This document shows, piece after piece, positions 47,167 through 55,953 of a stretch of 57,821 bases of DNA. The stretch is taken from positions 1 to 57,821 of IMG/VR virus record IMGVR_UViG_3300028571_002339. One strand, 5' to 3'. Numbering within the stretch: the first letter of the stretch is position 1; each line of letters begins with the position of its first letter. The position numbers and the translations under genes were made by a program. The notes beneath the pieces were generated by a model. The model did not search any database. It saw nothing but the letters and a program-made list of their open reading frames with translations, and was not told the origin of the DNA. Source of the DNA: a virus (Duplodnaviria; Caudoviricetes).

Positions 47167-48669
47167 TTAAAAAACCTCCCCAAGTTTCACAATTCCGTTG
47201 TAAAAAGCACCACAAATGGAATCATAATCTTCCCAAGCATATGTAGTTAATGACAACCAAATTATGGCATGTAGTAGTTTGATTTTTCTTTTGTTAACCA
47301 ATGGAAGACAATCGAAGAAAAATTCTTCCATATCTGCCCAGTTATTAGGTTTTATAGCAAATTCAACATCTTCTTTTCTAATATCAAGAGTGAATTTTTT
47401 ACGATTAAACTGGTCATATTCGCCATTTATTGAATAAAATAGTTTGGCCCAATCATAATCCACATCACCATAGAATTTTGTTTTCCCAAAATAACCTCTG
47501 GGATCAATTAAAATAGCCTTCATATCAAACGTATCAAACATTAAATTTGAAAAAGTACAATCTCCGTGAATCAATTTAAATTCTTTTGGAAACATAGTTT
47601 CGATGGTCGTATTTAACTTTTCTTTATTGAAAAACACATTTTTGTAATAACAACCATTAATTTTAATAAATTCATCTTCAGCAAACGGCACAAGTTTTTC
47701 TATTTCTGAAAGTCTATCAAATGTTTTTATAATATAGTTTTCTCTGATATCTTCTACGCAAACAGGCTTTATTGGCTCAAGATTATGTAGTTCTTTTAAG
47801 GCTTCAATAAGTTTTCTTAGAATTTCTCTCTTTTGCGATTTTGTAAGACAATCATATTCATAAATATTCTTCCCTTGAACTCGCTTCATTTTTAGAGGTT
47901 CATACTCGAGTATTTCTGGAATATTTTTATAACCTAAATCTTTGACATGTTTATACCAAGCTATTTCGTCTACTGCTATTTTTTTCCCTTGTTCATTAAT
48001 GCCTGTTTTTATTACTAAATCACCTTCAAAAAACATTTTATTAAATGGGCGGCAACAAGGTCTATCACAATTTGTTTCACTATAAGAAAGCATCGTTCCT
48101 ATCTCTTTAGTTCCGTATAAATCTAATCTTTTGAATTCAATATCTTGTTTTTCAAGCCAGCCAACCAAAGCACCTTCAATTGCAATATTTTTCAAAGGTT
48201 GTTTATTTTCAAAAACAAATAATCCAGCAACACCATTTTCTCTTGATGGGTCTTTAATAAATTCCCCATCAATAAATGACCATCTGCATTCAAAATCTTT
48301 TGATATACCAACAAAATTACCTTTTTCACTTGGAATTTTAAAGTCTTTAGAGAAAATTAAATCACACCATAGAATAATAACCTGTTCTTCCTCTGAAAAA
48401 TCTGTTAATGCTTCTTTAATCCCAGATGCCGTACCTTTTTTTGTTGCTTCAATAATCTTGTAATTGTATTTCGAGCCAAAGGCTTCAAGATATTTGTTCA
48501 ATACATCTGTTTTATAATCCGCAATAATAGAAAATTCTGCATCTGGAAATTTCTGAAAAATATGAAAAATAATCGGCAAATTATCAACAGGCACCAAACA
48601 TTTTGGTTTATTTCTTGTTAATTGTTCTAATCTTGTACCTTTTCCACCTGCTTGGATTATAATTTTCAT
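47167..48669 (-). CDS. nucleotidyltransferase + sugar/aminoglycoside-type kinase fusion
   Basis: QAGGKGTRL..LT..KPK, WCD; C-terminal IHGDCTFSN, IDPRG, YDWAK. Confidence 0.85.
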   Translation of the reverse strand: MKIIIQAGGKGTRLEQLTRNKPKCLVPVDNLPIIFHIFQKFPDAEFSIIADYKTDVLNKYLEAFGSKYNYKIIEATKKGTASGIKEALTDFSEEEQVIILWCDLIFSKDFKIPSEKGNFVGISKDFECRWSFIDGEFIKDPSRENGVAGLFVFENKQPLKNIAIEGALVGWLEKQDIEFKRLDLYGTKEIGTMLSYSETNCDRPCCRPFNKMFFEGDLVIKTGINEQGKKIAVDEIAWYKHVKDLGYKNIPEILEYEPLKMKRVQGKNIYEYDCLTKSQKREILRKLIEALKELHNLEPIKPVCVEDIRENYIIKTFDRLSEIEKLVPFAEDEFIKINGCYYKNVFFNKEKLNTTIETMFPKEFKLIHGDCTFSNLMFDTFDMKAILIDPRGYFGKTKFYGDVDYDWAKLFYSINGEYDQFNRKKFTLDIRKEDVEFAIKPNNWADMEEFFFDCLPLVNKRKIKLLHAIIWLSLTTYAWEDYDSICGAFYNGIVKLGEVF

Positions 48670-49721
48670 TTATTCCCCTCCTTATAGACACAAATACAAG
48701 CAAATAAATAATGCTTTCTACTGTTTGGTTCTTTTCTAATTAACCAAACAGGAATACCTAACATTGAATACTTAATGTATTCTCTTTTTTCTTTTACTCT
48801 CAAAGCTGTGAAGCAAAATCTATACATTTTTTGATTACTCTTTGTCTCAATCTGAAAAAATGGTCCTATTTTATCTACTTGTGACCCAGTCGCAATAATT
48901 TCTTCTATATTTTTACCAGGTATTTTTTTTAGACTATATAAAGAATAAGTTTCTGTATCTGGATAAAATACTGTCATTTTATCTATATAATTTAAAATCA
49001 AGTCAACAAAACCTGAGCGAACAGCATAAACACCAGCACAATTTATACCAATGGCAAGTGATTCTTCCATGCTTAAATCTAAATAAACGGTACCCTTAAT
49101 TGCTTCTTTTTTATCAAGTACACTTGAGATAACTGTGAACCCTTTTTCAAAAAGTCTTTCAACTTCAAGTTCTAAAACTCTTCGATTTATTTTTTTTGTG
49201 GAGAAAGCTTCAGGAGAAAATAAAATTATTTTCTCCAAAGGAGCTATTTTTGAAAGTTTTTGTTCTAATGATGGTGTTATATATGGAGTATTTTTTGGCT
49301 CTTTCCAAACACTGTAATCAGGTAACGCTATGGTCTTTTGAAAAAGCTTGATGAAATCAATTTTTAAATCAGCAAAAGAATTTAATAATTTGTGGTTGTC
49401 ATCTAAAAAATAAGGGTGAGCAACAAAGTACTTACCAATTTGCATTGTAGGGTTTTTATCTGCAATTTGCTCCAATTCATCTTCTGTAAATGCCTTAATT
49501 GAATAATCCGAAATATTAAACAACTTCATTACAATTTCATGCTGTTGCTTGATAATAAAATTTACTTTAGCTTTATAAAAGTCCTCAATAGCCTCTTTAA
49601 AACCACATAGTGCCATGATATCACCATATCCATAAGGAGATATGAGGTTAAATTTATCAGGTGCAATTTCCTGTTTTAAATTATTTAAAAATACGATGTT
49701 ATCTTTACTTGATACCGCCAA
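48666..49721 (-). CDS. putative GT-B glycosyltransferase (GT9-like), first gene of the cargo operon
   Basis: GYGDIMAL, LFSPEAFS, YAVRSGFVD; TTG start after AGAGG. Confidence 0.6.
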   Translation of the reverse strand: MAVSSKDNIVFLNNLKQEIAPDKFNLISPYGYGDIMALCGFKEAIEDFYKAKVNFIIKQQHEIVMKLFNISDYSIKAFTEDELEQIADKNPTMQIGKYFVAHPYFLDDNHKLLNSFADLKIDFIKLFQKTIALPDYSVWKEPKNTPYITPSLEQKLSKIAPLEKIILFSPEAFSTKKINRRVLELEVERLFEKGFTVISSVLDKKEAIKGTVYLDLSMEESLAIGINCAGVYAVRSGFVDLILNYIDKMTVFYPDTETYSLYSLKKIPGKNIEEIIATGSQVDKIGPFFQIETKSNQKMYRFCFTALRVKEKREYIKYSMLGIPVWLIRKEPNSRKHYLFACICVYKEGNK

Positions 49722-49746
49722 CTATATGCCTCTTTAATCTTTTCAA

Positions 49747-49774
49747 GCACCACATAATAAACCTTATGTGACGT
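49747..49774 (+). other. dif-like tyrosine recombinase site 1
   Basis: GCACCACATAA-TAAACC-TTATGTGACGT (11-6-11). Confidence 0.7.
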
Positions 49775-49800
49775 TTCCACTATTTTTATCGCCATTTTAA

Positions 49801-49828
49801 CACAAACATAATAAACCTTGTGTGGTGA
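49801..49828 (+). other. dif-like tyrosine recombinase site 2
   Basis: CACAAACATAA-TAAACC-TTGTGTGGTGA. Confidence 0.75.
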
Positions 49829-49848
49829 ATTCCGTTCCCGTCAATGAA

Positions 49849-49878
49849 ACCATACCACAAAAACAGTTGCCATAACAA
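49849..49878 (-). promoter_or_regulatory. candidate sigma70 promoter in the invertible segment, facing the cargo operon
   Basis: Minus strand TTGTTA-N18-TATGGT with TG extended -10. Confidence 0.4.
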
Positions 49879-49996
49879 TTTGTAGCAAGTTTATTAACAT
49901 TATTTAAAATATGTTTTTTAAATTTATGTTGTATTAGAAGTATTTTTAGTAAAACAAATACCCTTAAACAGCAAAGAAATAAGGGTTTTATTTTAT

Positions 49997-50024
49997 ACAC
50001 CACATAAGGTTTATTAAGTTGTTT
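49997..50024 (-). other. dif-like tyrosine recombinase site 3 (inverted)
   Basis: ACACCACATAA-GGTTTA-TTAAGTTGTTT; reverse complement has the same TAAACC spacer; 21/24 identical to site 2. Confidence 0.75.
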
Positions 50025-50071
50025 TAATAATTAAGTTGTCTTAAGCTTTTAAAACCTTTGTTGATAAGGAG

Positions 50072-50614
50072 TTACAGAACAAAGTTATTGTAACTTTCGT
50101 CAATTTCTTCTTGTTCAATTCCAATGTATCTTAATGTTGTACTTGGCGACGAATGGTTAAATATTTTTTGAAGAATAACAACATCTTTGAATTGTTGATA
50201 GTGGTGGTAGCCAAAAGTTTTTCTTAGAGAGTGAGTCCCGATTTTACAATCTAAGCCTGCTTCACGACAAGCACCGTTTATAATTTTATAGGCTTGAAAG
50301 CGGTCCAACCTCCCATTAAATCTTGTTTTAAAAAGAGGCTCATCCCCTGATTTTCCCTCAATAAAATTATCAATCATAGCTTTTAATTTGATATTTATTG
50401 GAAATTTTTTGTGTTTTCCTGTTTTCTTCTCAACAACAGCAATATGTGTTTTATTTTGAACATCCTTAATGTTTAGCCCCAAAATATCAGATATTCTTAG
50501 ACCACTGTTTGTACCCATAACAAACATAAGCAGGTTACGCTTGCTCCCTGCTAGTAAAATTTTTTCTACACATTTGATAATTTTTTTATCTCGTATCGGT
50601 TCGACAATGTTCAT
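50072..50614 (-). CDS. small tyrosine recombinase (catalytic domain only; invertase/resolvase-like)
   Basis: GLRISD (R), EKKTGK (K), HSLRKT (HxxR), FNHS (H), RYIG (Y); 180 aa, no arm-binding domain. Confidence 0.92.
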   Translation of the reverse strand: MNIVEPIRDKKIIKCVEKILLAGSKRNLLMFVMGTNSGLRISDILGLNIKDVQNKTHIAVVEKKTGKHKKFPINIKLKAMIDNFIEGKSGDEPLFKTRFNGRLDRFQAYKIINGACREAGLDCKIGTHSLRKTFGYHHYQQFKDVVILQKIFNHSSPSTTLRYIGIEQEEIDESYNNFVL

Positions 50615-50689
50615 TTTTTCTCCTTATACTGTCCTGTACCTCCTAAAAAGCCACAGGCTCAAAATTAGAGAGTATTTGCTGTTGTATTA

Positions 50690-51001
50690 TTATTTAAGTC
50701 CAGTACGTTGTCTTGCAATTTTGTAAATATATCCTTCAGAAACTCCGCATACTTTTGCAAGCTCATAACGAGATTTTTTGGAACCGTCATAATGTTTTTT
50801 TATGTAGCGGATTTTGGCATTTGCTGCAGCTTTTTGAGGTATGGAAATGTTTATGCCTTGCAGTTCACACATCATCTTTACTGCTACTTCAAGGCTTATT
50901 AAATCGGCAACGATTCTTAAATCCTCATTTGGCAAATCATCTTTTGTTATTTCTTGAGCCCATGGTTGTTTAATTTCTAATTGTTCGTCCAAAATAACCA
51001 C
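50690..51001 (-). CDS. Mor/C-family transcription activator
   Basis: DLP...R.VADLI, G..ISIP, YDG....ELA...GVSE..IY. Confidence 0.8.
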   Translation of the reverse strand: MVILDEQLEIKQPWAQEITKDDLPNEDLRIVADLISLEVAVKMMCELQGINISIPQKAAANAKIRYIKKHYDGSKKSRYELAKVCGVSEGYIYKIARQRTGLK

Positions 51002-51089
51002 CTTTATTGAATATTAACGGTATTTAGTCTCATCAGTTGAGGTATTACCTCAAGACGAGAAGGTTGTTCTATTACCCTCTCGTTTCGAC

Positions 51090-51335
51090 TTATGCTGACA
51101 TTAATGCCATTTTACCTGCACTAATTAAAGGAATCTCCTTTATTATTTTTCTTAAAATTGCAATTTGAGCCTCTAGCATTTTGCAGGTCATTTTGCGTTC
51201 ATACTTACATTGCCAATCGTTTTCGTCAAGAGAACTGTTTGCAAAATCGATTTTGGCAGTTAATAAATCTGACTCTAAAGTTGCAATTTCTGTGTGCATC
51301 ATTTCTAAGACTACAAGTTGTCTGTTGGTTTCCAT
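51090..51335 (-). CDS. hypothetical phage protein
   Basis: ORF with AAGGAG RBS in the early operon. Confidence 0.65.
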   Translation of the reverse strand: METNRQLVVLEMMHTEIATLESDLLTAKIDFANSSLDENDWQCKYERKMTCKMLEAQIAILRKIIKEIPLISAGKMALMSA

Positions 51336-51375
51336 AATTTTTCTCCTTTTCTTTTTATCTACAATTAAAAGCCGT

Positions 51376-51810
51376 TTAAAGGGCTTTTAAATACTTTTTA
51401 ATTTTGATTTTTTCTAGAACTGCGATGATTTTTCCTGCTTTGATTTTTGTAATGAATCGAATATCCTCAAGGTGGAACTGTTTTTTGATGAATTTTCTCA
51501 GAGATTTTTTTGCAGAATCCTTGTCCGTAAATGTATGCATATCTTTCCATACAACTTCAATTTTTCTAAGCTGTGCCGGCGTTGCCATTGCATTGTCCCT
51601 GGATTTAAAATCATCGTATTTTTTATGACTATTTCCTTTGAGGCTGACTTTATCTTCAAGAATTTCTATAAATATCTGTGCTTCGGTTTCTGTAAGATTT
51701 TTAGAACTTCCGACACCAAAGCTTGCAAGCATATCTCTGTAAAGTTCCTCTTCCAATCCAAGGATATTTTTCAAAGTATGGATTTTTTTAATTTGAGTAA
51801 AATTGCTCAT
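51376..51810 (-). CDS. GemA/gp16-like protein (DUF1018)
   Basis: QIKKIH.LK..LGL.EE.YR.ML...GV.SSK.L; ATPAQLRKIE..W. Confidence 0.8.
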   Translation of the reverse strand: MSNFTQIKKIHTLKNILGLEEELYRDMLASFGVGSSKNLTETEAQIFIEILEDKVSLKGNSHKKYDDFKSRDNAMATPAQLRKIEVVWKDMHTFTDKDSAKKSLRKFIKKQFHLEDIRFITKIKAGKIIAVLEKIKIKKYLKAL

Positions 51811-51931
51811 AATAGCCCTCCGCTTGTAGTTTTCGACCTTGATGAATTCCGCACTGAACGCCTAAAATAAAAATTGCCAAAACTATCAGGGACATATATA
51901 GTATTTTTTCGCTTTTTGAATATTCTTCCAT
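51788..51931 (-). CDS. 47-aa membrane peptide (not in ORF track)
   Basis: Manual translation MEEYSKSEKILYMSLIVLAIFILGVQCGIHQGRKLQAEGYYEQFYSN*; GAGGGG RBS; fills the B-gemA gap. Confidence 0.55.
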   Translation of the reverse strand: MEEYSKSEKILYMSLIVLAIFILGVQCGIHQGRKLQAEGYYEQFYSN

Positions 51932-51938
51932 CTTACCC

Positions 51939-52817
51939 TCACACTATTATTTGGCTGATACTAGCCTGCAAAACATCCTCATTCACTTCCATATTGTTGA
52001 TTTCTGCAATACGGATTGCTCTGACCAACAGCTTGGTCAGAACTCTCGTATTACCTGAACAATATTCAGATAGGGTAGTATATATTGATTTGTAGTTAGG
52101 GAGGATGGAGGATATTATTGCTTTTTTGTCTTCTTCAACAAGTGAATTCAGGCGAATAGAGATGCCAACTCTTGAAAAAAGCTGTGCATATTGCCTTTTT
52201 TCACCTTTAAGGTTCATAATCAAACGAGGCATTCCGACAAGTAAAATTCCTACTTGTGCCTTGTCGTAAATTCTTCTCAAAAGCTCTAACGACTTATATG
52301 GCAGGTGTTCCGCTTCATCAATAATTATTAAACGACCCGAAGATTTTAGCTTATTAATTATGTCTAAAAACATTCCGTGGATTGTGCCACAACCGTCAAA
52401 GCCAAGTTTTTTATGAATTTCTGAGAATAAAACTTTTGGAGTGTAGCCCAAATCTGCTTCTACCAAAATTACATCGGTGTTATCAATTGCATATTTTTTG
52501 ACCGCATAAGTTTTGCCGATTCCTGCATCGCCACAGCAAACTCCGATTTCATTTTCAACGTGGCAGATTTTAGCGATGTCAAAAACATCATCAACAATAG
52601 TGGTTTTGACAAAATCAACCTTAATTCTGCCCTCTCTCAATTTTTCAATTTCAAGAAAATTTGCAACCGCATCATCAATCTTTTTCACGTTGCCTTTGTA
52701 ATTACTGTTCATCCACAGGTGCAAAGTCGCATTCGAAACGTTTATAGCCTTTGCAGCATATGCCACCGTATATTTTTTATTCTTTAATAATTCTTTTAAT
52801 TCTTCAATTAAACTCAT
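51939..52817 (-). CDS. MuB-like transposition ATPase (B2)
   Basis: N-terminal HTH, GDAGIGKT, LIIIDEAE, LRRIYD. Confidence 0.92.
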   Translation of the reverse strand: MSLIEELKELLKNKKYTVAYAAKAINVSNATLHLWMNSNYKGNVKKIDDAVANFLEIEKLREGRIKVDFVKTTIVDDVFDIAKICHVENEIGVCCGDAGIGKTYAVKKYAIDNTDVILVEADLGYTPKVLFSEIHKKLGFDGCGTIHGMFLDIINKLKSSGRLIIIDEAEHLPYKSLELLRRIYDKAQVGILLVGMPRLIMNLKGEKRQYAQLFSRVGISIRLNSLVEEDKKAIISSILPNYKSIYTTLSEYCSGNTRVLTKLLVRAIRIAEINNMEVNEDVLQASISQIIV

Positions 52818-52825
52818 TTTTCCTC

Positions 52826-54778
52826 CTACATAGCCCTTTTTGCAATATCACGCTTTTTCTCGGTTTCAGTGAGATACAGCTTCTGTTTTTCTTTTATTGG
52901 CGTGACATACTTTTCAGCCCTAAAAGTAGATTGTTTGTTGCTTTTAACAACCTTATCCATTTTGGTGTTTGTGATTTTTGAAATTTTAGGATTATTTTCA
53001 AAGTTTGTTTGGGGTAATCCGTTTTTCAAATTGTTCACAATCTCAGCATTTGTCGGGTTATACTTGCATTTGATGTATGATTTTAAAAGTTTCTTTTCTT
53101 TATTTTTAGCCTCAACTGCCTTTTTATACTGAGCTTTTTCAATATTTGTTTTTGCCATAAATGATACAGCTTGGTTGACATTCGCATTGCCCAAAAATTC
53201 TTCTGTAGCAGCATCAAATACCCAAGCTTCCTGATAGGCGTTTATATCTCTTCTCAGGTAAACTTTTGTGCCTTTTTTAGCAATCATCCACTCATCCCAA
53301 TATGTAAGCTGAAGCTGTGAATCATATATGCCGTTTCTGCCGATTGAAACATCTTTTGAAGTTCGCATACAGAAAAGTTTGAGAGCATCTTTGCTGATTA
53401 TTTTCTTTATAGAATACTCTTCAGACCACAATTCGTCAGGGCATTTGCCCTGCAAGACCTTACCGCTTGAGGGCATTTTATTCAGAACATTGAGGATAAA
53501 ATCGTCAAACAAGGTTTTGAAATCCTCAAAAGGCATAATTTGGTCGTTTTTGATTTCGGTTTTTAATTTCTCAGGTCTTTCGGTAATTTTTCCGCCACGG
53601 TAGCCGACCATATGCTTTGAAAGATATGTTTTTACTTTTAAAAAATCTCTTTCAATAGGCTTTGTTTGCGCGTTATATGGCAGAGCAAAATGTACATTTA
53701 TACCTAGATTTTTCAGTAAAGAATTTTCTTTGGATGAGTTGTGTAAAACTTTTATTGAACCACTTCTGCCACCTGCAAAATCTTTGCAGCGATAGTCTTT
53801 TCCGTTATCAAGATAAATATCAATCGGAAGCCCAAACAGCAAAACTCCGTAATAAAAAGCTTGAAAAATATGGTCAGAATTTGGACTTTCAGCGTGCAAA
53901 AACCATCCTAACCATTTTGAAGATTTAATATCTCTAAAAACTGTCACCCACGGAAAACATACGCTACCGTTAAAATTAACGGCAACGTCAATTTGTGCGT
54001 GATCCGAAACCCAAAAGCTTCCGGCAGTGATGTTTGAATAATCTCTTGGAATATATGAAGCATACTTTTTATTCCAAGCCGCTTCGCCGTATCTTGCAAG
54101 GTAAATAGCTTGCTCGGGGACATCTTTTCTTAACATTCTGATAAAAGATTTAGAACTTGGAAAGTTTTTAATATCAATATTACAGGTTTCTTTTGCAAAA
54201 CCTAATGTCATTATCCACGCTGATTGAGCTGATGGAGCACCTTCTTTCAAGTATAGACTTTTGAAATAGTCAAAATATTCAGTGTCTATTTTAAAGCAAC
54301 CTTTTCTGTGTCCATATTTACTCAGTAGTGCTTCAATGCCGTTCTTTTCATATTTCCTTTTTGCTTCCATCAAAGTAGAATAGGCCGTTTTCCGCTCAGG
54401 ATATTTTTCATTCCATTTTGCTATAAAATCTTGTGTTTCCTTGTATGTCAGTTTTTCTGTCAAAGTGAACAGCTCAAGATATTTTTCTGCTTGTTTTCTT
54501 GCCCACGCAGGGGCGTTTGAATATTCTTCTAACGAGCAACTAATCTCCACTACTGGTGTTAAAATGACTTCATTTTTGTTTTTTGATTTCAAATATGTTT
54601 TTTGAAGTTCATCTTTTAGCGAAGATAAAGCAACGTAATAATGTTTGAATTTGCCGATTTTTTTAAAAGTAGAAACAAGCTCGCCAGCTTTGCATTTGCG
54701 TCTGATAGTTTCCTTTTTATCGCCGGATAAATCGCAAACCTCTTCAATTGTTAGCCATATCTCTTTATCTTCTTGCAT
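52826..54778 (-). CDS. MuA-like DDE transposase (A2)
   Basis: WVSDH, YLDNGKDY, KPIERDF; N-terminal HTH; Mu C-terminal domain. Confidence 0.92.
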   Translation of the reverse strand: MQEDKEIWLTIEEVCDLSGDKKETIRRKCKAGELVSTFKKIGKFKHYYVALSSLKDELQKTYLKSKNKNEVILTPVVEISCSLEEYSNAPAWARKQAEKYLELFTLTEKLTYKETQDFIAKWNEKYPERKTAYSTLMEAKRKYEKNGIEALLSKYGHRKGCFKIDTEYFDYFKSLYLKEGAPSAQSAWIMTLGFAKETCNIDIKNFPSSKSFIRMLRKDVPEQAIYLARYGEAAWNKKYASYIPRDYSNITAGSFWVSDHAQIDVAVNFNGSVCFPWVTVFRDIKSSKWLGWFLHAESPNSDHIFQAFYYGVLLFGLPIDIYLDNGKDYRCKDFAGGRSGSIKVLHNSSKENSLLKNLGINVHFALPYNAQTKPIERDFLKVKTYLSKHMVGYRGGKITERPEKLKTEIKNDQIMPFEDFKTLFDDFILNVLNKMPSSGKVLQGKCPDELWSEEYSIKKIISKDALKLFCMRTSKDVSIGRNGIYDSQLQLTYWDEWMIAKKGTKVYLRRDINAYQEAWVFDAATEEFLGNANVNQAVSFMAKTNIEKAQYKKAVEAKNKEKKLLKSYIKCKYNPTNAEIVNNLKNGLPQTNFENNPKISKITNTKMDKVVKSNKQSTFRAEKYVTPIKEKQKLYLTETEKKRDIAKRAM

Positions 54779-54977
54779 TGAACTTCGCTCCGTTTAAATC
54801 ATCAAGATAGACATTGTCTTTTAGCCAGTTATCAAATTTTTCATTAGTTCTTTGTCCTGAAATTAGCATACTGATGTAGCTTTCAGAAAAGCCTAAAATA
54901 TTTGCAGCTTCACGTTGGGTTACACCAATTCTCATAAGAGCTATTTTATATTTCATACTGATAAAATTTTTACTCAT
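54765..54977 (-). CDS. Ner/Cro-like HTH regulator
   Basis: GVTQREAANILGFSESYISMLISG; divergent from the repressor. Confidence 0.8.
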   Translation of the reverse strand: MSKNFISMKYKIALMRIGVTQREAANILGFSESYISMLISGQRTNEKFDNWLKDNVYLDDLNGAKFNARR

Positions 54978-55059
54978 TTCCCCTACTCGATTTTTCTTAC
55001 TGCACGATATTGCATAGAGTATGACAAATTGTGCGGGCGGTCAAGGGAAATTGCTAAAC

Positions 55060-55208
55060 TGTGAAACTCTTTACAGAAAGATGGGAGAAGCTAAACCCCT
55101 CAAAATTAATAATTATCTCGTGTTGACACATTGTGCAATAGTTAAGAATTATTACACGATACTTCATAGAAGGGTTGAAGTTTTGTGCGAGTTGTGAAAT
55201 ACTTTACA
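55060..55208. promoter_or_regulatory. two candidate operators in the immunity region
   Basis: TGTGAAACTCTTTACA (55060-75) and TGTGAAATACTTTACA (55193-208), quasi-palindromic. Confidence 0.55.
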
Positions 55209-55226
55209 ATGAAAAGGAATGTGTAA

Positions 55227-55925
55227 ATGTCAAACTTACAATCAAGAATTAAAAAAGTTAGAACTGAACATGGCATGTCAGTGGAAGAAGTTGCTAAAAA
55301 ACTTGCAGAAAACGGCATTAAAATTTCTGCTAGGACTATCTATTCCTATGAATTAAACGAAAGACAGCCGAGTGTTATGTACCTGCAAGCACTTGTCGAC
55401 TATTTAGAAGTTAATCCCGAGTGGCTTTTAAGCGGCAGGGGCGAAGTTTTTCCGTCAGAAACATCCGCAACCGATATGCCTGCACATGTTGATTTATCGC
55501 AAATGGTGTTTTTGCCATTAATAAATATGGCAGCATCCGCAGGATATGGAGCATTGATTGAAGAACGGGAAATGACAAAAGATTTCATTGCTTTTGCCAA
55601 AAAATGGCTGACTGATATAACAGTTACATCACCGAAGCATCTTTTAGCTTTTACGGTTAAAGGGAATTCGATGGCAGGCGAAATCAATGACGGGGACTTG
55701 ATTATTGTGAATGATACAATGAATGATTTAGCCAATGACGGAACTTATGTCGTAAGTATTGACGATAAATTATATGTTAAACTCCTGCAAAGAATTCCAG
55801 GAAACAAAGTTCAGGTCGTAAGCAAAAACCAAGAATACTCACCTTTCACCGTAGACTTGAAAACCGAGCACTTCAAAATTATTGGCAAAGTTATTTGGTC
55901 TGGTGGAAAAAAGGATAGGTATTGA
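55227..55925 (+). CDS. CI-like repressor (XRE HTH + S24 peptidase)
   Basis: HTH, ASAGYG cleavage site, VKGNSM (Ser), YVKLL (Lys). Confidence 0.93.
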   Translation: MSNLQSRIKKVRTEHGMSVEEVAKKLAENGIKISARTIYSYELNERQPSVMYLQALVDYLEVNPEWLLSGRGEVFPSETSATDMPAHVDLSQMVFLPLINMAASAGYGALIEEREMTKDFIAFAKKWLTDITVTSPKHLLAFTVKGNSMAGEINDGDLIIVNDTMNDLANDGTYVVSIDDKLYVKLLQRIPGNKVQVVSKNQEYSPFTVDLKTEHFKIIGKVIWSGGKKDRY

Positions 55926-55953
55926 TAAATATAAAAGGTTCTAAGGAGTTGGA

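Larger units (their letters stand above)
14506..55925. mobile_element. Mu-like (transposable) myovirus prophage core
   Basis: c/ner/A/B/gemA/mor early block, Mu gp27-gp37-like head genes, contractile tail and P2-like baseplate; exact TG..CA ends not identified. Confidence 0.85.

Noticed and set aside
45802-48669. DNA arabinosylation system
   Set aside because: No dCMP hydroxylase/hydroxymethylase or phage DNA polymerase; the MsbA-like and GT9-like neighbours favour a surface glycan, though this is not formally excluded
49797-50003. 68-aa ORF across the invertible segment
   Set aside because: Spans the recombination sites and the putative promoter, with no recognisable features
50072-50614. 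Tyrosine recombinase as the tRNA integrase
   Set aside because: Lacks N-terminal binding domains, lies 7 kb from att, and has its own adjacent sites with no similarity to the att core; unlikely but untested
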